This document shows, one piece after another, positions 35,951 through 44,808 of a DNA stretch of 54,863 nt. Position 1 is the stretch's first letter. Each line of letters opens with the position of its first letter. Location of the stretch: the IMG/VR virus record IMGVR_UViG_3300048586_000572, positions 1-54,863 of that record; one strand, 5' to 3'. The position numbers and the translations under genes are program-made. The notes under the pieces were generated by a model that did not search any database, was not told where the DNA came from, and saw nothing but the letters and a program-made list of their open reading frames with translations. The stretch comes from a virus (lineage: Duplodnaviria; Caudoviricetes).

Positions 35951-37669
35951 TCACTGCATCGCAGATGGGTTGGGATGCCCGTCCTGAGCGACCTGAAAGC
36001 GGCGCTGTCCAGCAAGGCGCTTCTTACGTTCGGTCGCGTACCACGGATCCTCGGGAACGATCGCAAATCCTCTCCAGCGATCGTTGTAAGCCTCGAACGA
36101 AGTCCGCTCGTCGCGGTACATCTCGAACAGCACTTTCCCGACGTTTCGACCGTAAAGGGGCCAGAGCAGGTGCTCCATCTCGCCTGGGACGCGGATCAAG
36201 GTTTTCGTCTCGCCGCGCTCAAAGGCCGCCTGGCGCCGCTCGCTCTCCGCCTGATCGTAACTGGGACGGGTGCGGCAGTCGACGACCTCGACGTAGGGCT
36301 CTTCCGCCCCCCCCGACCCCCACACCCCATTATGTGGAATCTCAGGACGAATAAGCTTTTGTTCGCAATAGCTTGGAACCGAATTTTCGATGACCTTCTC
36401 GGCAGCCCTTTTCGAGGCCTCGAACGCGGTCCGGGCACGGGTTTCGTACCGTTCCATCTCCTCGTCCATGATCTCGCGCAGCACCGCCTCATGGCGAGCC
36501 TGAACGATGAAGCTGTCGTGCACCGGCAGGCAAACGACATCGATCTTGGCGCAGGCCTTCACCACCCTCAGCGCAATCTCGGAATCCTCCCGCATCAGCG
36601 TTATCCCGACGTCCGCGCCGATGTCGGCCGCGATCACGGGGTTCCTCGCGATCACGGCGTCGACAAGGCGGCGGGTCGTCGGCCAGTCGAGCGGCCAGGC
36701 GGTGCCGTCTCTCGACGTGCTCGCCAGCAGCGCGGCCACGGCCTGGCCGAGGTGCCGCGCGTTGAACGCGACAAGCAGGGCCCGCTTCGAAAGCGAGCGG
36801 TCGAACTCGGCGACGTCGTACGGGTCGAAGTCCAGGGACTGGCCACGCTTCGCGTAGAGCATGCGGGGGTGCAGCGACTGATAGTCGAGCTCCACCACCG
36901 GCTCGCCGTTGATCCGGAGGTCAGCGCGCCTGTTTGAGGGGAGGTTCTGGACCCAACAATAGATCCGGCCGCCACAGGTCCACTTGCCTCGGCTGAATAC
37001 ACGGTAGAGCACCGGGGTGTCGGTCATCCTGATCACGGCGCCATCGACGCGGATCAGGTTTCCCTCGATGACGACGCCTTCGCCCGGCAGATCTAGGCGG
37101 ACCTGCGCCATCGCCCGGTTCAGGCTTTCCAGATCGCGCCGCATCGCGACGGTCTGAGCGGTGTCCTTGTAATCGATCAGGTCGCCTCGCTCGTCGCGGA
37201 GCCGGATCGTCTCGTGAATACGGTGCTCGAAGCCGATGCCGGCGAAGGCCTCGATCAGATTGTCGGTCGCCCTGATGCGTGACTGACGCTGCGTCCTGCG
37301 GTGGTCGCCAGGGCGTGCGCGTTCTTCTTCAATCAGACCCAAGGCCAGCAACTCGTCTACGGCGGCGACGATGCGGTCATATGTATACGCCAGGCCTTCG
37401 TACCGGCCGGCGCCACGGTACCATTCCCGCCGGCGGGAATAGGACACCCACTCGCCGGCGCGGCCTGCAAGAACGGCGGCCGCCATGATGCTGAGGACGG
37501 CCTGATCGGCCTGGCGATCGCCGGTCGCCAGCCAGCCTGTTCGGGACGCGGCTGATGCCGGCACGCGCCAATGGAAATCCAGCGGGCGGTCGCGGCCCGC
37601 GACGACGATGTCGTCGGCGGCGTCCAAGGCCTGCTCGATGTCTGCAATGACGCTGGCGGTGAATTCCAT
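35951..37669 (-). CDS. Stand-alone family-A DNA polymerase / T7-RNA-polymerase-like protein
   Basis: RVF...GGRIY...QN, motif A ELDYQSLHPRMLY, motif B RSLSKRALLVAFNA, motif C LPVHDSFIV; no exonuclease motifs seen. Confidence 0.75.
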   Translation of the reverse strand: MEFTASVIADIEQALDAADDIVVAGRDRPLDFHWRVPASAASRTGWLATGDRQADQAVLSIMAAAVLAGRAGEWVSYSRRREWYRGAGRYEGLAYTYDRIVAAVDELLALGLIEEERARPGDHRRTQRQSRIRATDNLIEAFAGIGFEHRIHETIRLRDERGDLIDYKDTAQTVAMRRDLESLNRAMAQVRLDLPGEGVVIEGNLIRVDGAVIRMTDTPVLYRVFSRGKWTCGGRIYCWVQNLPSNRRADLRINGEPVVELDYQSLHPRMLYAKRGQSLDFDPYDVAEFDRSLSKRALLVAFNARHLGQAVAALLASTSRDGTAWPLDWPTTRRLVDAVIARNPVIAADIGADVGITLMREDSEIALRVVKACAKIDVVCLPVHDSFIVQARHEAVLREIMDEEMERYETRARTAFEASKRAAEKVIENSVPSYCEQKLIRPEIPHNGVWGSGGAEEPYVEVVDCRTRPSYDQAESERRQAAFERGETKTLIRVPGEMEHLLWPLYGRNVGKVLFEMYRDERTSFEAYNDRWRGFAIVPEDPWYATERKKRLAGQRRFQVAQDGHPNPSAMQ

Positions 37670-37744
37670 TCCACGGAAGTTACCCCCGCCCCCCGCCAGC
37701 GCAAAGGGACAATTGACGTCTAAGTCATTGACGATATTGGCTTA

Positions 37745-38130
37745 TCGACCAGGGGGTACCCCTAGGGGTCGAGGCTCCATGAATTCCCGCTTTCAGCCTA
37801 AACCAGCCATGCAAACGAAAGACCTGCCAGGTCAAAGCCTCCGAACGTCAGCAGCCTTAAAAAGCCCGTTCTGGTGCATTCCAAGGCCATTACAAAGATC
37901 GCAATTTGTAATGGCCTTCGCCTCAGAGAGGTCTATTGGCCCCGCAGGTCCAGCTGGGCCTGTGGGGCCGCTTCGTGCCGTCATCGGTGTAAAACACCAA
38001 TGGCGATAAATACCCATGATCGGCCCATGTTTCGCCATGGACGGCCCAGGTTTCTCCCATGATCCCCATGAAATCGCCCATGGGGGCGATTTTTGATTTC
38101 ATGGCGTCCATGGGGTTTTCATGGGGAAAT
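37745..38130. repeat. Cluster of palindromes, inverted repeats and a phased CATG array
   Basis: Palindromes 37753-37769, 14-bp-arm IR 37883-37918, near-palindrome 37938-37969, nine CATG at ~10-11-bp period 38015-38123. Confidence 0.8.
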
Positions 38131-38216
38131 CGACCGATCGAGGGCTGGGCGGCGCCGATGCCGCCACCGGTCCCTCGATCAGCCGGCAAGACCGAATCGG
38201 TGCGCGTCTGATGCCA

Positions 38217-38705
38217 TCAAGCCCGCGCCGCCCAGTCCGCCGCGGCCGCCCTCGCCCGCTCCGCACCGACCTGGGACCGGTATTGATCGCCACGCCACCA
38301 CCATGTCTTGCAGAAGAAGACACGCCGGCAGGTGACCGGCTCGCGCAGCACCGCCAGCCGCCGCGCCTCCGCCGGGCTGACCGCCTTGCCGCAGGTCGGG
38401 ATCGAGTTGCGGATCGCGACGCTGTCATATGCGGCGTCGTATGCCCTGTGCCACCTGATCTCGGGCGAGCCGTCACGATGGCAAAGCCCGGTCTCCTGGA
38501 GGACCTCGTGGCCGGGGGCGATCCGCTCTAGCGCCGCGATCAGCACCCGCAGCTGGGCCATGCGGCCGGCGTCCTGGGCGTCCCGCTGGGCCTTCGCGAT
38601 CGCGACCTGGCGACTGGACCAGTCGATCCATGCCTGCGCGTTTCGGTTCGCATTCTTGATGGCCTGCCCCATCGCCAGGGCTTCCCCGATCGCCGCGAAA
38701 TCCAT
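38217..38705 (-). CDS. Hypothetical protein
   Basis: 162-aa ORF with purine-rich leader. Confidence 0.65.
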   Translation of the reverse strand: MDFAAIGEALAMGQAIKNANRNAQAWIDWSSRQVAIAKAQRDAQDAGRMAQLRVLIAALERIAPGHEVLQETGLCHRDGSPEIRWHRAYDAAYDSVAIRNSIPTCGKAVSPAEARRLAVLREPVTCRRVFFCKTWWWRGDQYRSQVGAERARAAAADWAARA

Positions 38706-38912
38706 GATACTCGTCTCTCTTTCAAATATATCGACGCAACTACGCCGACCCGAAAGAGACTATCAGGGCCGCATTACCATCCAGTGGAAGCGATCGCGGC
38801 AATGGATTCCATCCCACAACGGAACGTTAACCAAACGAATCTCGCTCTCGGAAAGCAATGTGCCACCCGGTTAGGGGCGGCACGGGAGGGAGCGTTGCGA
38901 CCGTAGCCTCTA

Positions 38913-39128
38913 TCAGCCGAGATATGTGTCGGGCGGGCCGACGTATCCCTCGTCGAGATGCCATCGGTCCTCGTTGATCGAATAGTAGATGCGCCTGGCC
39001 GCCTGGAGCGCCCTGAGCTCTTTCGACAGCACGGCCGCCTCTTTCCCTGGCGTGAGGCCCAGAGCCTTCCGGAGCGCATGCCGCTTGAGCGGCCGCTTCG
39101 ATAGTTCGTTCAAGATCGCGCTCCTCAT
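38913..39128 (-). CDS. Small winged-helix-like protein
   Basis: 71 aa, ATGA-coupled to relaxase. Confidence 0.5.
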   Translation of the reverse strand: MRSAILNELSKRPLKRHALRKALGLTPGKEAAVLSKELRALQAARRIYYSINEDRWHLDEGYVGPPDTYLG

Positions 39129-40351
39129 AGTGGCACTCCCCAGATGTCGGTTTGACCTGGCACCCAAGCCGGGCGGCTAGTGCCGGCGCTAATGGTCTCA
39201 AGCTTGTCGGACAGCCTCTCGGCCTCGCGGACGGCTCTCCAATCGACGTTGCGCAAAGCGCTCTTTAGGCGAGCTCGCGCGTACGCCCGGCGGCCGCGGC
39301 CTTCAGCTGCCGCACCTCGTGCTGCAATGCCTCCACTGCGTCGGCCTGCCGATCGACCGCCTCCCCGACCAGCTTCAGCGTCTCGGCCAGCGATTGAACG
39401 CTGTCCTCCTCGCCCTCCTCGGGCGTCAGCGCCTCCAGCAGCGCCGTCATGATCGACCGCAGGCCCCGCACTTCCATCAAGATTTCGTCCATCGATAGCT
39501 CCCTTTAAAACCATTCCACCCAGCCGTGCCTTGACCTCGCCGGCGCTGATACGGTGTCCTCGCTCGCGGCTTGCCCGCCCGATCGCTCTTGTCAGGCTGT
39601 GAGCGGTCCCGGTGGCGTCGACGACGACGGGCCCGGCCGTGCCCTGCCTGAGGTCGAGGCCGCGCTTGGCAAGTTCGTTGACGAACCCCGGGCCGTCGAT
39701 CGACGCGTCCCATGCCGCCAGGCACGCCGCTCGGATGTCAGCGAGCTCGATGCCAGTCCTGGCCTCGATCAGCCTTTCGCCCGGCGTCACAGGTGCCACC
39801 GGCTTTTCGGCGTCGATCAGGCCGTGCGAGGCCATCCACTGGACGATGTCGTCTCGGCCTTCCTGCGCCAGGCGATAGGCGACCGACCTGGCGTGAGGCG
39901 TCGGCGCTGGCGTCAAGCTGAGCCCAAAGCCGACCACGATGTTCACGTAGGTCCGCCGGGCGAAATCTTGAGAGATGTCCACCGCCCTGCCATCCGGACG
40001 GATCAGGCCATACGCCCTGTGCTCGTGTCTGCGATCGTGCTTGACGTGCTGGGCGCCGCAGTACGGCTGATGCTGCAGGCCGAACTCAACTTCGAAGGCG
40101 CGCCACCAGGCGGTCAGGACGGCCTGGCAATCGGGAGCGTCCGGCGGAGGGTCCGCGTGAACGTGATAGATCGGACGCCCTGCCCGACCATGTCGGCTGC
40201 CGGCGACGATCTCGCGCAGCTGGGCGTGCAGGTCCTCGCGAGTGGCCACGCCCCGGGGCTGGATCACCTCGGTGATCTGACCCTTTTCCGATTTGAGCAG
40301 ATGCGCGCTCAAGGCGCGGCCGCCTTTCCCTGGCGTGGCGCCGGAAATCAC
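39125..40351 (-). CDS. HUH relaxase / mobilisation nuclease (MOBP/VirD2-like)
   Basis: LSAHLL, IYHVHADP, HVKHDRRHEHRAY three-His motif, F...L..RGL.L..G C-domain. Confidence 0.78.
   Translation of the reverse strand: MISGATPGKGGRALSAHLLKSEKGQITEVIQPRGVATREDLHAQLREIVAGSRHGRAGRPIYHVHADPPPDAPDCQAVLTAWWRAFEVEFGLQHQPYCGAQHVKHDRRHEHRAYGLIRPDGRAVDISQDFARRTYVNIVVGFGLSLTPAPTPHARSVAYRLAQEGRDDIVQWMASHGLIDAEKPVAPVTPGERLIEARTGIELADIRAACLAAWDASIDGPGFVNELAKRGLDLRQGTAGPVVVDATGTAHSLTRAIGRASRERGHRISAGEVKARLGGMVLKGAIDGRNLDGSAGPAVDHDGAAGGADARGGRGGQRSIAGRDAEAGRGGGRSAGRRSGGIAARGAAAEGRGRRAYARARLKSALRNVDWRAVREAERLSDKLETISAGTSRPAWVPGQTDIWGVPL
39265..39492 (-). CDS. Nested alternative-frame coiled-coil protein inside relaxase (MobB-like position)
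   Basis: 75 aa helical ORF with AAGGGAG RBS. Confidence 0.55.
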   Translation of the reverse strand: MDEILMEVRGLRSIMTALLEALTPEEGEEDSVQSLAETLKLVGEAVDRQADAVEALQHEVRQLKAAAAGRTRELA

Positions 40352-41073
40352 TGGCCTGCCCTTCGGCTGATCTGAACATCAGCGCCGACGGTAACGTGGG
40401 GCCAGTCGCCATAAGCGAAGGCCCGCATGCTGACGCCGGAGACGTCGGGCACCTCGGTCCATTCTTTGGTGCCGGCTTCGCGGACGCAGACCTGCGCCGA
40501 GGCGATGACGCGGCCCTGGTCGTTGGGCTCGTCCTCCAACGCCATGATTGCGTCGGCCGCCTGCAACATGAGGCGGCGCTGCTGGCGGGCGGCCATGAGT
40601 CGGCCTTGGGCCTCGGCGATCAGTGTGGCGACGAGATCTCTGGGCGCCAGGTCGCGCCGCCAGGTCCTCCCGTCGGGGGCCACGACGATTTTGCATGCGT
40701 GATGGAAGTACATCTTCAGGCCGCAACGGGCGTACCGGGCGAGCAGGTGCTCAATCTGACGCGCGGCCGACGGTCCGGGCCTGTTGTTGCCCGGACCGCG
40801 CACCTGGAGCACTTCCAGGTAATAGAGCTCAAGGTCGAGGATCGACCGTCCGTCCGACACGCGACGGAGCGACCAGATGCTAGGAGCGTTCAATTTCTCA
40901 TGCCCGACGAAGTCCGGATAAGGCCGCGTCGCAAGGCAATTTTTCATCGCGAGGCCTTCGCGGACCAAGGCCTCCCGCGTAGTCGGGCGGCACCAATAAT
41001 ATCCGTCCGGGCAGTCGATGCGCTCATCTGTGCCAGCGTCGCCGGCGACGGGGCGGTTCTTGAGCAAGGTCAC
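40348..41073 (-). CDS. PcfJ-like domain protein
   Basis: LVREGLAMKNCL...IWSLR...QVRGPGN. Confidence 0.65.
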   Translation of the reverse strand: MTLLKNRPVAGDAGTDERIDCPDGYYWCRPTTREALVREGLAMKNCLATRPYPDFVGHEKLNAPSIWSLRRVSDGRSILDLELYYLEVLQVRGPGNNRPGPSAARQIEHLLARYARCGLKMYFHHACKIVVAPDGRTWRRDLAPRDLVATLIAEAQGRLMAARQQRRLMLQAADAIMALEDEPNDQGRVIASAQVCVREAGTKEWTEVPDVSGVSMRAFAYGDWPHVTVGADVQISRRAGQ

Positions 41074-41105
41074 GAAAAAGGCCTCCAGGTTGATCCTGAA
41101 GGCCT

Positions 41106-41134
41106 ATTGTCCGGGCTGCACGGAAAGAGACGAT
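41106..41134 (-). promoter_or_regulatory. Motif B copy (ATCGTCTCTTTC-N10-GGACAAT)
   Basis: 33 bp before GTG 41073. Confidence 0.72.
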
Positions 41135-41224
41135 AGCCTCAGGCGGCCGCCTCAGTGGTTCGTTTGCATTTGAGCCAAATCGGAACCGCATCGTAACGCA
41201 CGTATGTCATCTGCCGGTGGGGAG

Positions 41225-41544
41225 ATGACCATGCGACAGTCTACCAAGCTAAGAGACCTGCCCGCCGAGATCGAGATCGAGATCATCACTCGGCTTTTTA
41301 ACGCGTTGCCGCAGGTGCTCTGCGTCACTACCGGGCTTGTTGCCGGCGCCGCTTTCATGGTGTCGCGATGCCCTACATCGTCCTCGGATCGCCGGCCGTC
41401 GTTGGGACCTCGGTCGGTATCGAGATCGCTAGTGACGGCGCCGACGCAACGGCGATCAAGGCCTCGGCAGATCGCGCCCTGTATGCGGCGAAGGCTGCCG
41501 GTAAGGGGCAAGCTATAATAGCCGGTATGCGCGACGCAGCCTGA
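41225..41544 (+). pseudogene. Internally deleted diguanylate cyclase remnant
   Basis: Membrane-like N-terminus joined out of frame to VGTSVGI...ADRALYAAKAAGKG; GGDEF core absent. Confidence 0.7.
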
Positions 41545-41546
41545 AG

Positions 41547-42314
41547 CTAGGCTGCCGCCTTCGCGTCTTGCTGCACGAATGTCTCGATCATGAAGGTCGC
41601 CATGGCGCCGGCCATGTTCACCGCGAGCGCGGCGTGCCTGGCCGAGGGCTTTACCGGGATTTTGCCGCCGGGGGCGTGGGCGTCGGAGAACCGGTTGCGC
41701 AGCGTGCCGATGCCGTTGACCAGGTTCATTGCGCCGCCGAGGATCATCTTGATCGGCTCCTCGACATGCTGGTCCGGTGCCATGTTGAGCTCGCGTGCCG
41801 CCAGGCCGTAGAGCTTCGGCAGGTCGTCCTTATAGCCATAGGCAACCCCACGCTCGTCAAGCACCCGCTTGCAGACGGTTTCCAGCAGCGTGCGCGCGAC
41901 CGTGATCGCCCCTTCCGGATCGCTGGCGCGCCGGGACAAGGCCTTAGCCCACACGGCATGCACCCCATCGGCGTCGAACGACGCCAGCGTGTCGCCGGCG
42001 ACGAGGTCGATCGGCGCGCGGTTCGCGCCCTCCAGGTGCTCCACGATCGGCGTGAAGGCCTCGCTGATGATCTGGCGACGCTCGGCATAGGAGCCGGCCT
42101 CGTTCTTGATGTACGGCCAGAACGCGCCGAGGTTGCGGTAGGTGCGGACGAACGCGGGAAGCAAGGGCTTCAAGGTCTCATCCGACATGAACTCGCGGCG
42201 CAGATAATCGTAGACATGGTTGTCAGGCGATCCGCCTGTAGCGGCCGCCGTGAGAATGCCTTCCATCATCGTCACTCGCTCGATGATGCTGTCCGGCAGG
42301 TCGTCGATGTCCAT
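41547..42314 (-). CDS. Abortive-infection family protein (Abi_C, HEPN-like)
   Basis: AITVARTLLETVCK...LRNRFSDAH. Confidence 0.8.
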   Translation of the reverse strand: MDIDDLPDSIIERVTMMEGILTAAATGGSPDNHVYDYLRREFMSDETLKPLLPAFVRTYRNLGAFWPYIKNEAGSYAERRQIISEAFTPIVEHLEGANRAPIDLVAGDTLASFDADGVHAVWAKALSRRASDPEGAITVARTLLETVCKRVLDERGVAYGYKDDLPKLYGLAARELNMAPDQHVEEPIKMILGGAMNLVNGIGTLRNRFSDAHAPGGKIPVKPSARHAALAVNMAGAMATFMIETFVQQDAKAAA

Positions 42315-42371
42315 GCGTTGGTCCCCATGCGATGGCTCAAACTACCACCGGTGCGCCATCAACAACATGAT

Positions 42372-42386
42372 GTTCCTGTTCTGTTC
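42372..42386. promoter_or_regulatory. Alphaproteobacterial LexA box
   Basis: GTTC-CTGTTCT-GTTC, 58 bp upstream of Abi start. Confidence 0.65.
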
Positions 42387-42461
42387 AAAGGCCTTCTTCG
42401 TCTTTGCAGGCAATCCACAGGGTCCCAAGGATAGGAGCGGCATTTTCGGTGCTCGAAACGG

Positions 42462-42487
42462 AGAAAGCCGGCCTGAAGGGCCGGCTT
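42462..42487 (-). terminator. Intrinsic terminator
   Basis: AAGCCGGCC/GGCCGGCTT stem with short T-run on minus strand, after gene ending 42512. Confidence 0.6.
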
Positions 42488-42511
42488 CCGCACTCAAGGA
42501 GACCGAATCAC

Positions 42512-42931
42512 TTAGCCGCTGGTTTCGTTCCAGGACGTCGAGCGGGGCATCATGGCCTTGAGCATGCCGATCGCCTGGTCGAGCTTCTCCCCGTGGCGAG
42601 ACAGAATCGAGCTTAGATCGGGAAACTGGATCTCGCTGCCTGGCGGCACAACCGCCGTTTCGGCCGGCGCATCCTCAACGGAGGTCAAGTTGACGACGCG
42701 GCTCTGCCCCCGCTCGGTCAGCACGACGTGCGGGGCGGGGAAAGCCTTCGAATAGGGAACGATCGAGATGAAGCCACCGTCGTGCGCAGACGTCAGCGCA
42801 TTACCGACATTGCCCTGAAGCCAAACCTGGCCACCCGACGCAACGATCCGCAGCAACAGCAGGTCGACGCGAAGCGCCTCTATCTTGGTCTCGGCCGCCT
42901 CAACGGAAGGATAGGTGGTTGTGGAAGTCAT
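42512..42931 (-). CDS. Hypothetical protein
   Basis: 139 aa, CCCAGGAGG RBS. Confidence 0.65.
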   Translation of the reverse strand: MTSTTTYPSVEAAETKIEALRVDLLLLRIVASGGQVWLQGNVGNALTSAHDGGFISIVPYSKAFPAPHVVLTERGQSRVVNLTSVEDAPAETAVVPPGSEIQFPDLSSILSRHGEKLDQAIGMLKAMMPRSTSWNETSG

Positions 42932-42997
42932 GTGGTTGCCCTCCTGGGCATGAAGGAATGGCAGGTGCCAGGCTGAATGGCAGCCTGGCTTTGATGA

Positions 42998-43276
42998 TCA
43001 GCGTCCGGCGAAGGGGCCCGGCTCCAGGCGCTCCAACACGCGCTCCTGAAGGGTGGCCAGCATGAAGCTAGCGAAGTTCTGCCGGACGGGTCCTTCCCTA
43101 AAGCCATTGATCTCGGCGAGGGCCCGGATGGTCCCGACAACGACGCTCTCCAGCAGCGTAGCGACCTCGCCCGTGTTGCCCTCGGCCTCCAGGATCGGCT
43201 TGACGATGCTGGCGACGATCGGCCCGGCGACCGCATTGTGATGATCCGTGGCCTGCTTGTTGGTACGCTTCGACAT
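42998..43276 (-). CDS. Hypothetical protein
   Basis: 92 aa, CCCAGGAGG RBS, motif B upstream. Confidence 0.7.
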   Translation of the reverse strand: MSKRTNKQATDHHNAVAGPIVASIVKPILEAEGNTGEVATLLESVVVGTIRALAEINGFREGPVRQNFASFMLATLQERVLERLEPGPFAGR

Positions 43277-43313
43277 GGGGTGCCCTCCTGGGCTTGCGTG
43301 AGTGACGAAACCC

Positions 43314-43342
43314 ATTGTCCGGCCGCCACCGAAAGAGACGAT
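43314..43342 (-). promoter_or_regulatory. Motif B copy
   Basis: Plus strand ATTGTCCGGCCGCCACCGAAAGAGACGAT. Confidence 0.75.
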
Positions 43343-43352
43343 GCCCGCAGTT

Positions 43353-43386
43353 AAAAAGCCGCCCCGGAGACGATCCGAGGCGGCTT
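43353..43386 (-). terminator. Intrinsic terminator
   Basis: AAGCCGCC...GGCGGCTT stem followed by T-run on minus strand. Confidence 0.65.
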
Positions 43387-43407
43387 GCTTGACGGTGGCG
43401 GAGCGGC

Positions 43408-43830
43408 TCAGGCCGGTTCGGGCTCGCGGGCCTGGACCGGGTCGGGCTGGCCATCTTTCCATTCCAACTCGGATCGCCGGACGTCGCTGACGATGAACCA
43501 GTTGCCGGTGATCATGTCCTGCTTCAGCACCTGGACGTTCCCGGCGCCGAAGCGGCGCAGGTAGGTCCTCGCCGCGGCGATGCCCTTGCACGTAGTGGTG
43601 AAGACGATCTCATCCTCGAACTCATAGGCGCGATTGTAAGCCGCCGACGTCTCGTCCTCCCGCCAGTTGAACCAGTCTCCGTGCTCGCAGTGACGGACAG
43701 CGAGCTTCGTGGCGTCACCGTACTCGCCGTGGACGAGGACGCGTATCTCGAAGCGGTCGTCGCGGATGATCGGCTCGACGAAATCCAGGCGGATGCTGCC
43801 GGCGGTCTCGGTGCGGTGTTTCGCGGACAT
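43408..43830 (-). CDS. Hypothetical protein
   Basis: 140 aa, GAGGAGG RBS, motif B upstream. Confidence 0.7.
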   Translation of the reverse strand: MSAKHRTETAGSIRLDFVEPIIRDDRFEIRVLVHGEYGDATKLAVRHCEHGDWFNWREDETSAAYNRAYEFEDEIVFTTTCKGIAAARTYLRRFGAGNVQVLKQDMITGNWFIVSDVRRSELEWKDGQPDPVQAREPEPA

Positions 43831-43868
43831 GGGGTGCCTCCTCGGCATGGTGTGGGGTGACCAAATCG

Positions 43869-43897
43869 ATTGTCCGACCGCCGCCGAAAGAGACGAT
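43869..43897 (-). promoter_or_regulatory. Motif B copy
   Basis: Plus strand ATTGTCCGACCGCCGCCGAAAGAGACGAT. Confidence 0.75.
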
Positions 43898-43917
43898 GCC
43901 GGCGGCCGGGCCGTCGG

Positions 43918-44745
43918 TCAGCGACGCGTCGTCGTGGTCCAACGGCGGATCTTCGCGTCGAGCTCGCGCTTTCGGGCGGCGGCAGCTTCAGCGCCGTCAA
44001 CGACCGGGCGCGGCTCGGCACGGGCCGCCATCGCGCGGGCCGTATTCATCACGTTAGCCTCGACCGCATCGGGACCGCGCACGGACACCGGCGCCGCGGG
44101 CGGCGGCTTCGGCTTGTTCTTCGAACCGGGCTTGCGGCCCCGACGCGGCCTCTCGGGCCTCTCCGCGACGTCGGCAGCGAGCTTCGCCGTCGGGGCGCCA
44201 CCGAAGATGGACAGCGGCCGGCCGACCACGGTCACAGGCTCCTCCGCTTCCTCGACGACGGCATCGTCCTCGTCGTCGTAGACGTCGCCCTCCGCCGGTG
44301 CGGTCCACAGCGCGGCCTGGCGCAGCGCCTGCCCTTTCGCCGTCAGCGCCAGCCGCCGGGGCGGCCAAGTCGGCGCGACGACGCCCAGCTCAGTGGCGAC
44401 GTCGATGTACTGCTTGCTGTCCGCGTTGCGCGCATGGAGGTAGCCGTCGTCGGTAAAGCGCGAGATCAGGCGCAGCACGCCCTCGGGGATCGGGGCGGCG
44501 CTGTAGTCCCCGTCGATCTGGACATGCTTCAGGCGCAGCGTCTGCTGCCGAACGAGCCGGCCCGTCGGCGTCAGATCCGCATAGCCGACGCTTGGGTGGC
44601 CGATCAGGCCGGCCTTCATCGCGAGCTGGCCGGTCTCGCCGTAATCCGTGACGAAGTCGGCCCGCTGGACGGGGCCGCGCCAGTGCTCGATCAGCGTGAC
44701 GATCGCGATCGGGAGCGGCAGGTCGGCGTTGACGATATCGAACAT
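43918..44745 (-). CDS. Hypothetical protein with two wHTH-like repeats and AT-hook-like RRGRKPGSKNKPK
   Basis: LTPTGRLVRQ and LTAKGQALRQ repeats; CCCAGGAG RBS. Confidence 0.7.
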   Translation of the reverse strand: MFDIVNADLPLPIAIVTLIEHWRGPVQRADFVTDYGETGQLAMKAGLIGHPSVGYADLTPTGRLVRQQTLRLKHVQIDGDYSAAPIPEGVLRLISRFTDDGYLHARNADSKQYIDVATELGVVAPTWPPRRLALTAKGQALRQAALWTAPAEGDVYDDEDDAVVEEAEEPVTVVGRPLSIFGGAPTAKLAADVAERPERPRRGRKPGSKNKPKPPPAAPVSVRGPDAVEANVMNTARAMAARAEPRPVVDGAEAAAARKRELDAKIRRWTTTTRR

Positions 44746-44777
44746 GAAAATCTCCTGGGCGTGAGGTCGCCCAAGAG

Positions 44778-44806
44778 ATTGTCCGACCGCCGCCGAAAGA
44801 GACGAT
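44778..44806 (-). promoter_or_regulatory. Motif B copy
   Basis: Identical to 43869-43897. Confidence 0.75.
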
Positions 44807-44808
44807 GC

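Noticed and set aside
35951-37669. Reverse transcriptase, retron or DGR interpretation of the polymerase-like gene
   Set aside because: No YxDD motif; motifs fit the family-A/T7 fold, and no template/variable repeat pair was seen in tail genes
38010-38130. Possible CRISPR array or repeat-encoded peptide
   Set aside because: Units are ~10 bp with no unique spacers, no cas genes, and overlapping ORFs lack credible coding signal
38822-38836. GAAC-N7-AAAC near-LexA box
   Set aside because: One mismatch in an 8-base motif is too weak without support
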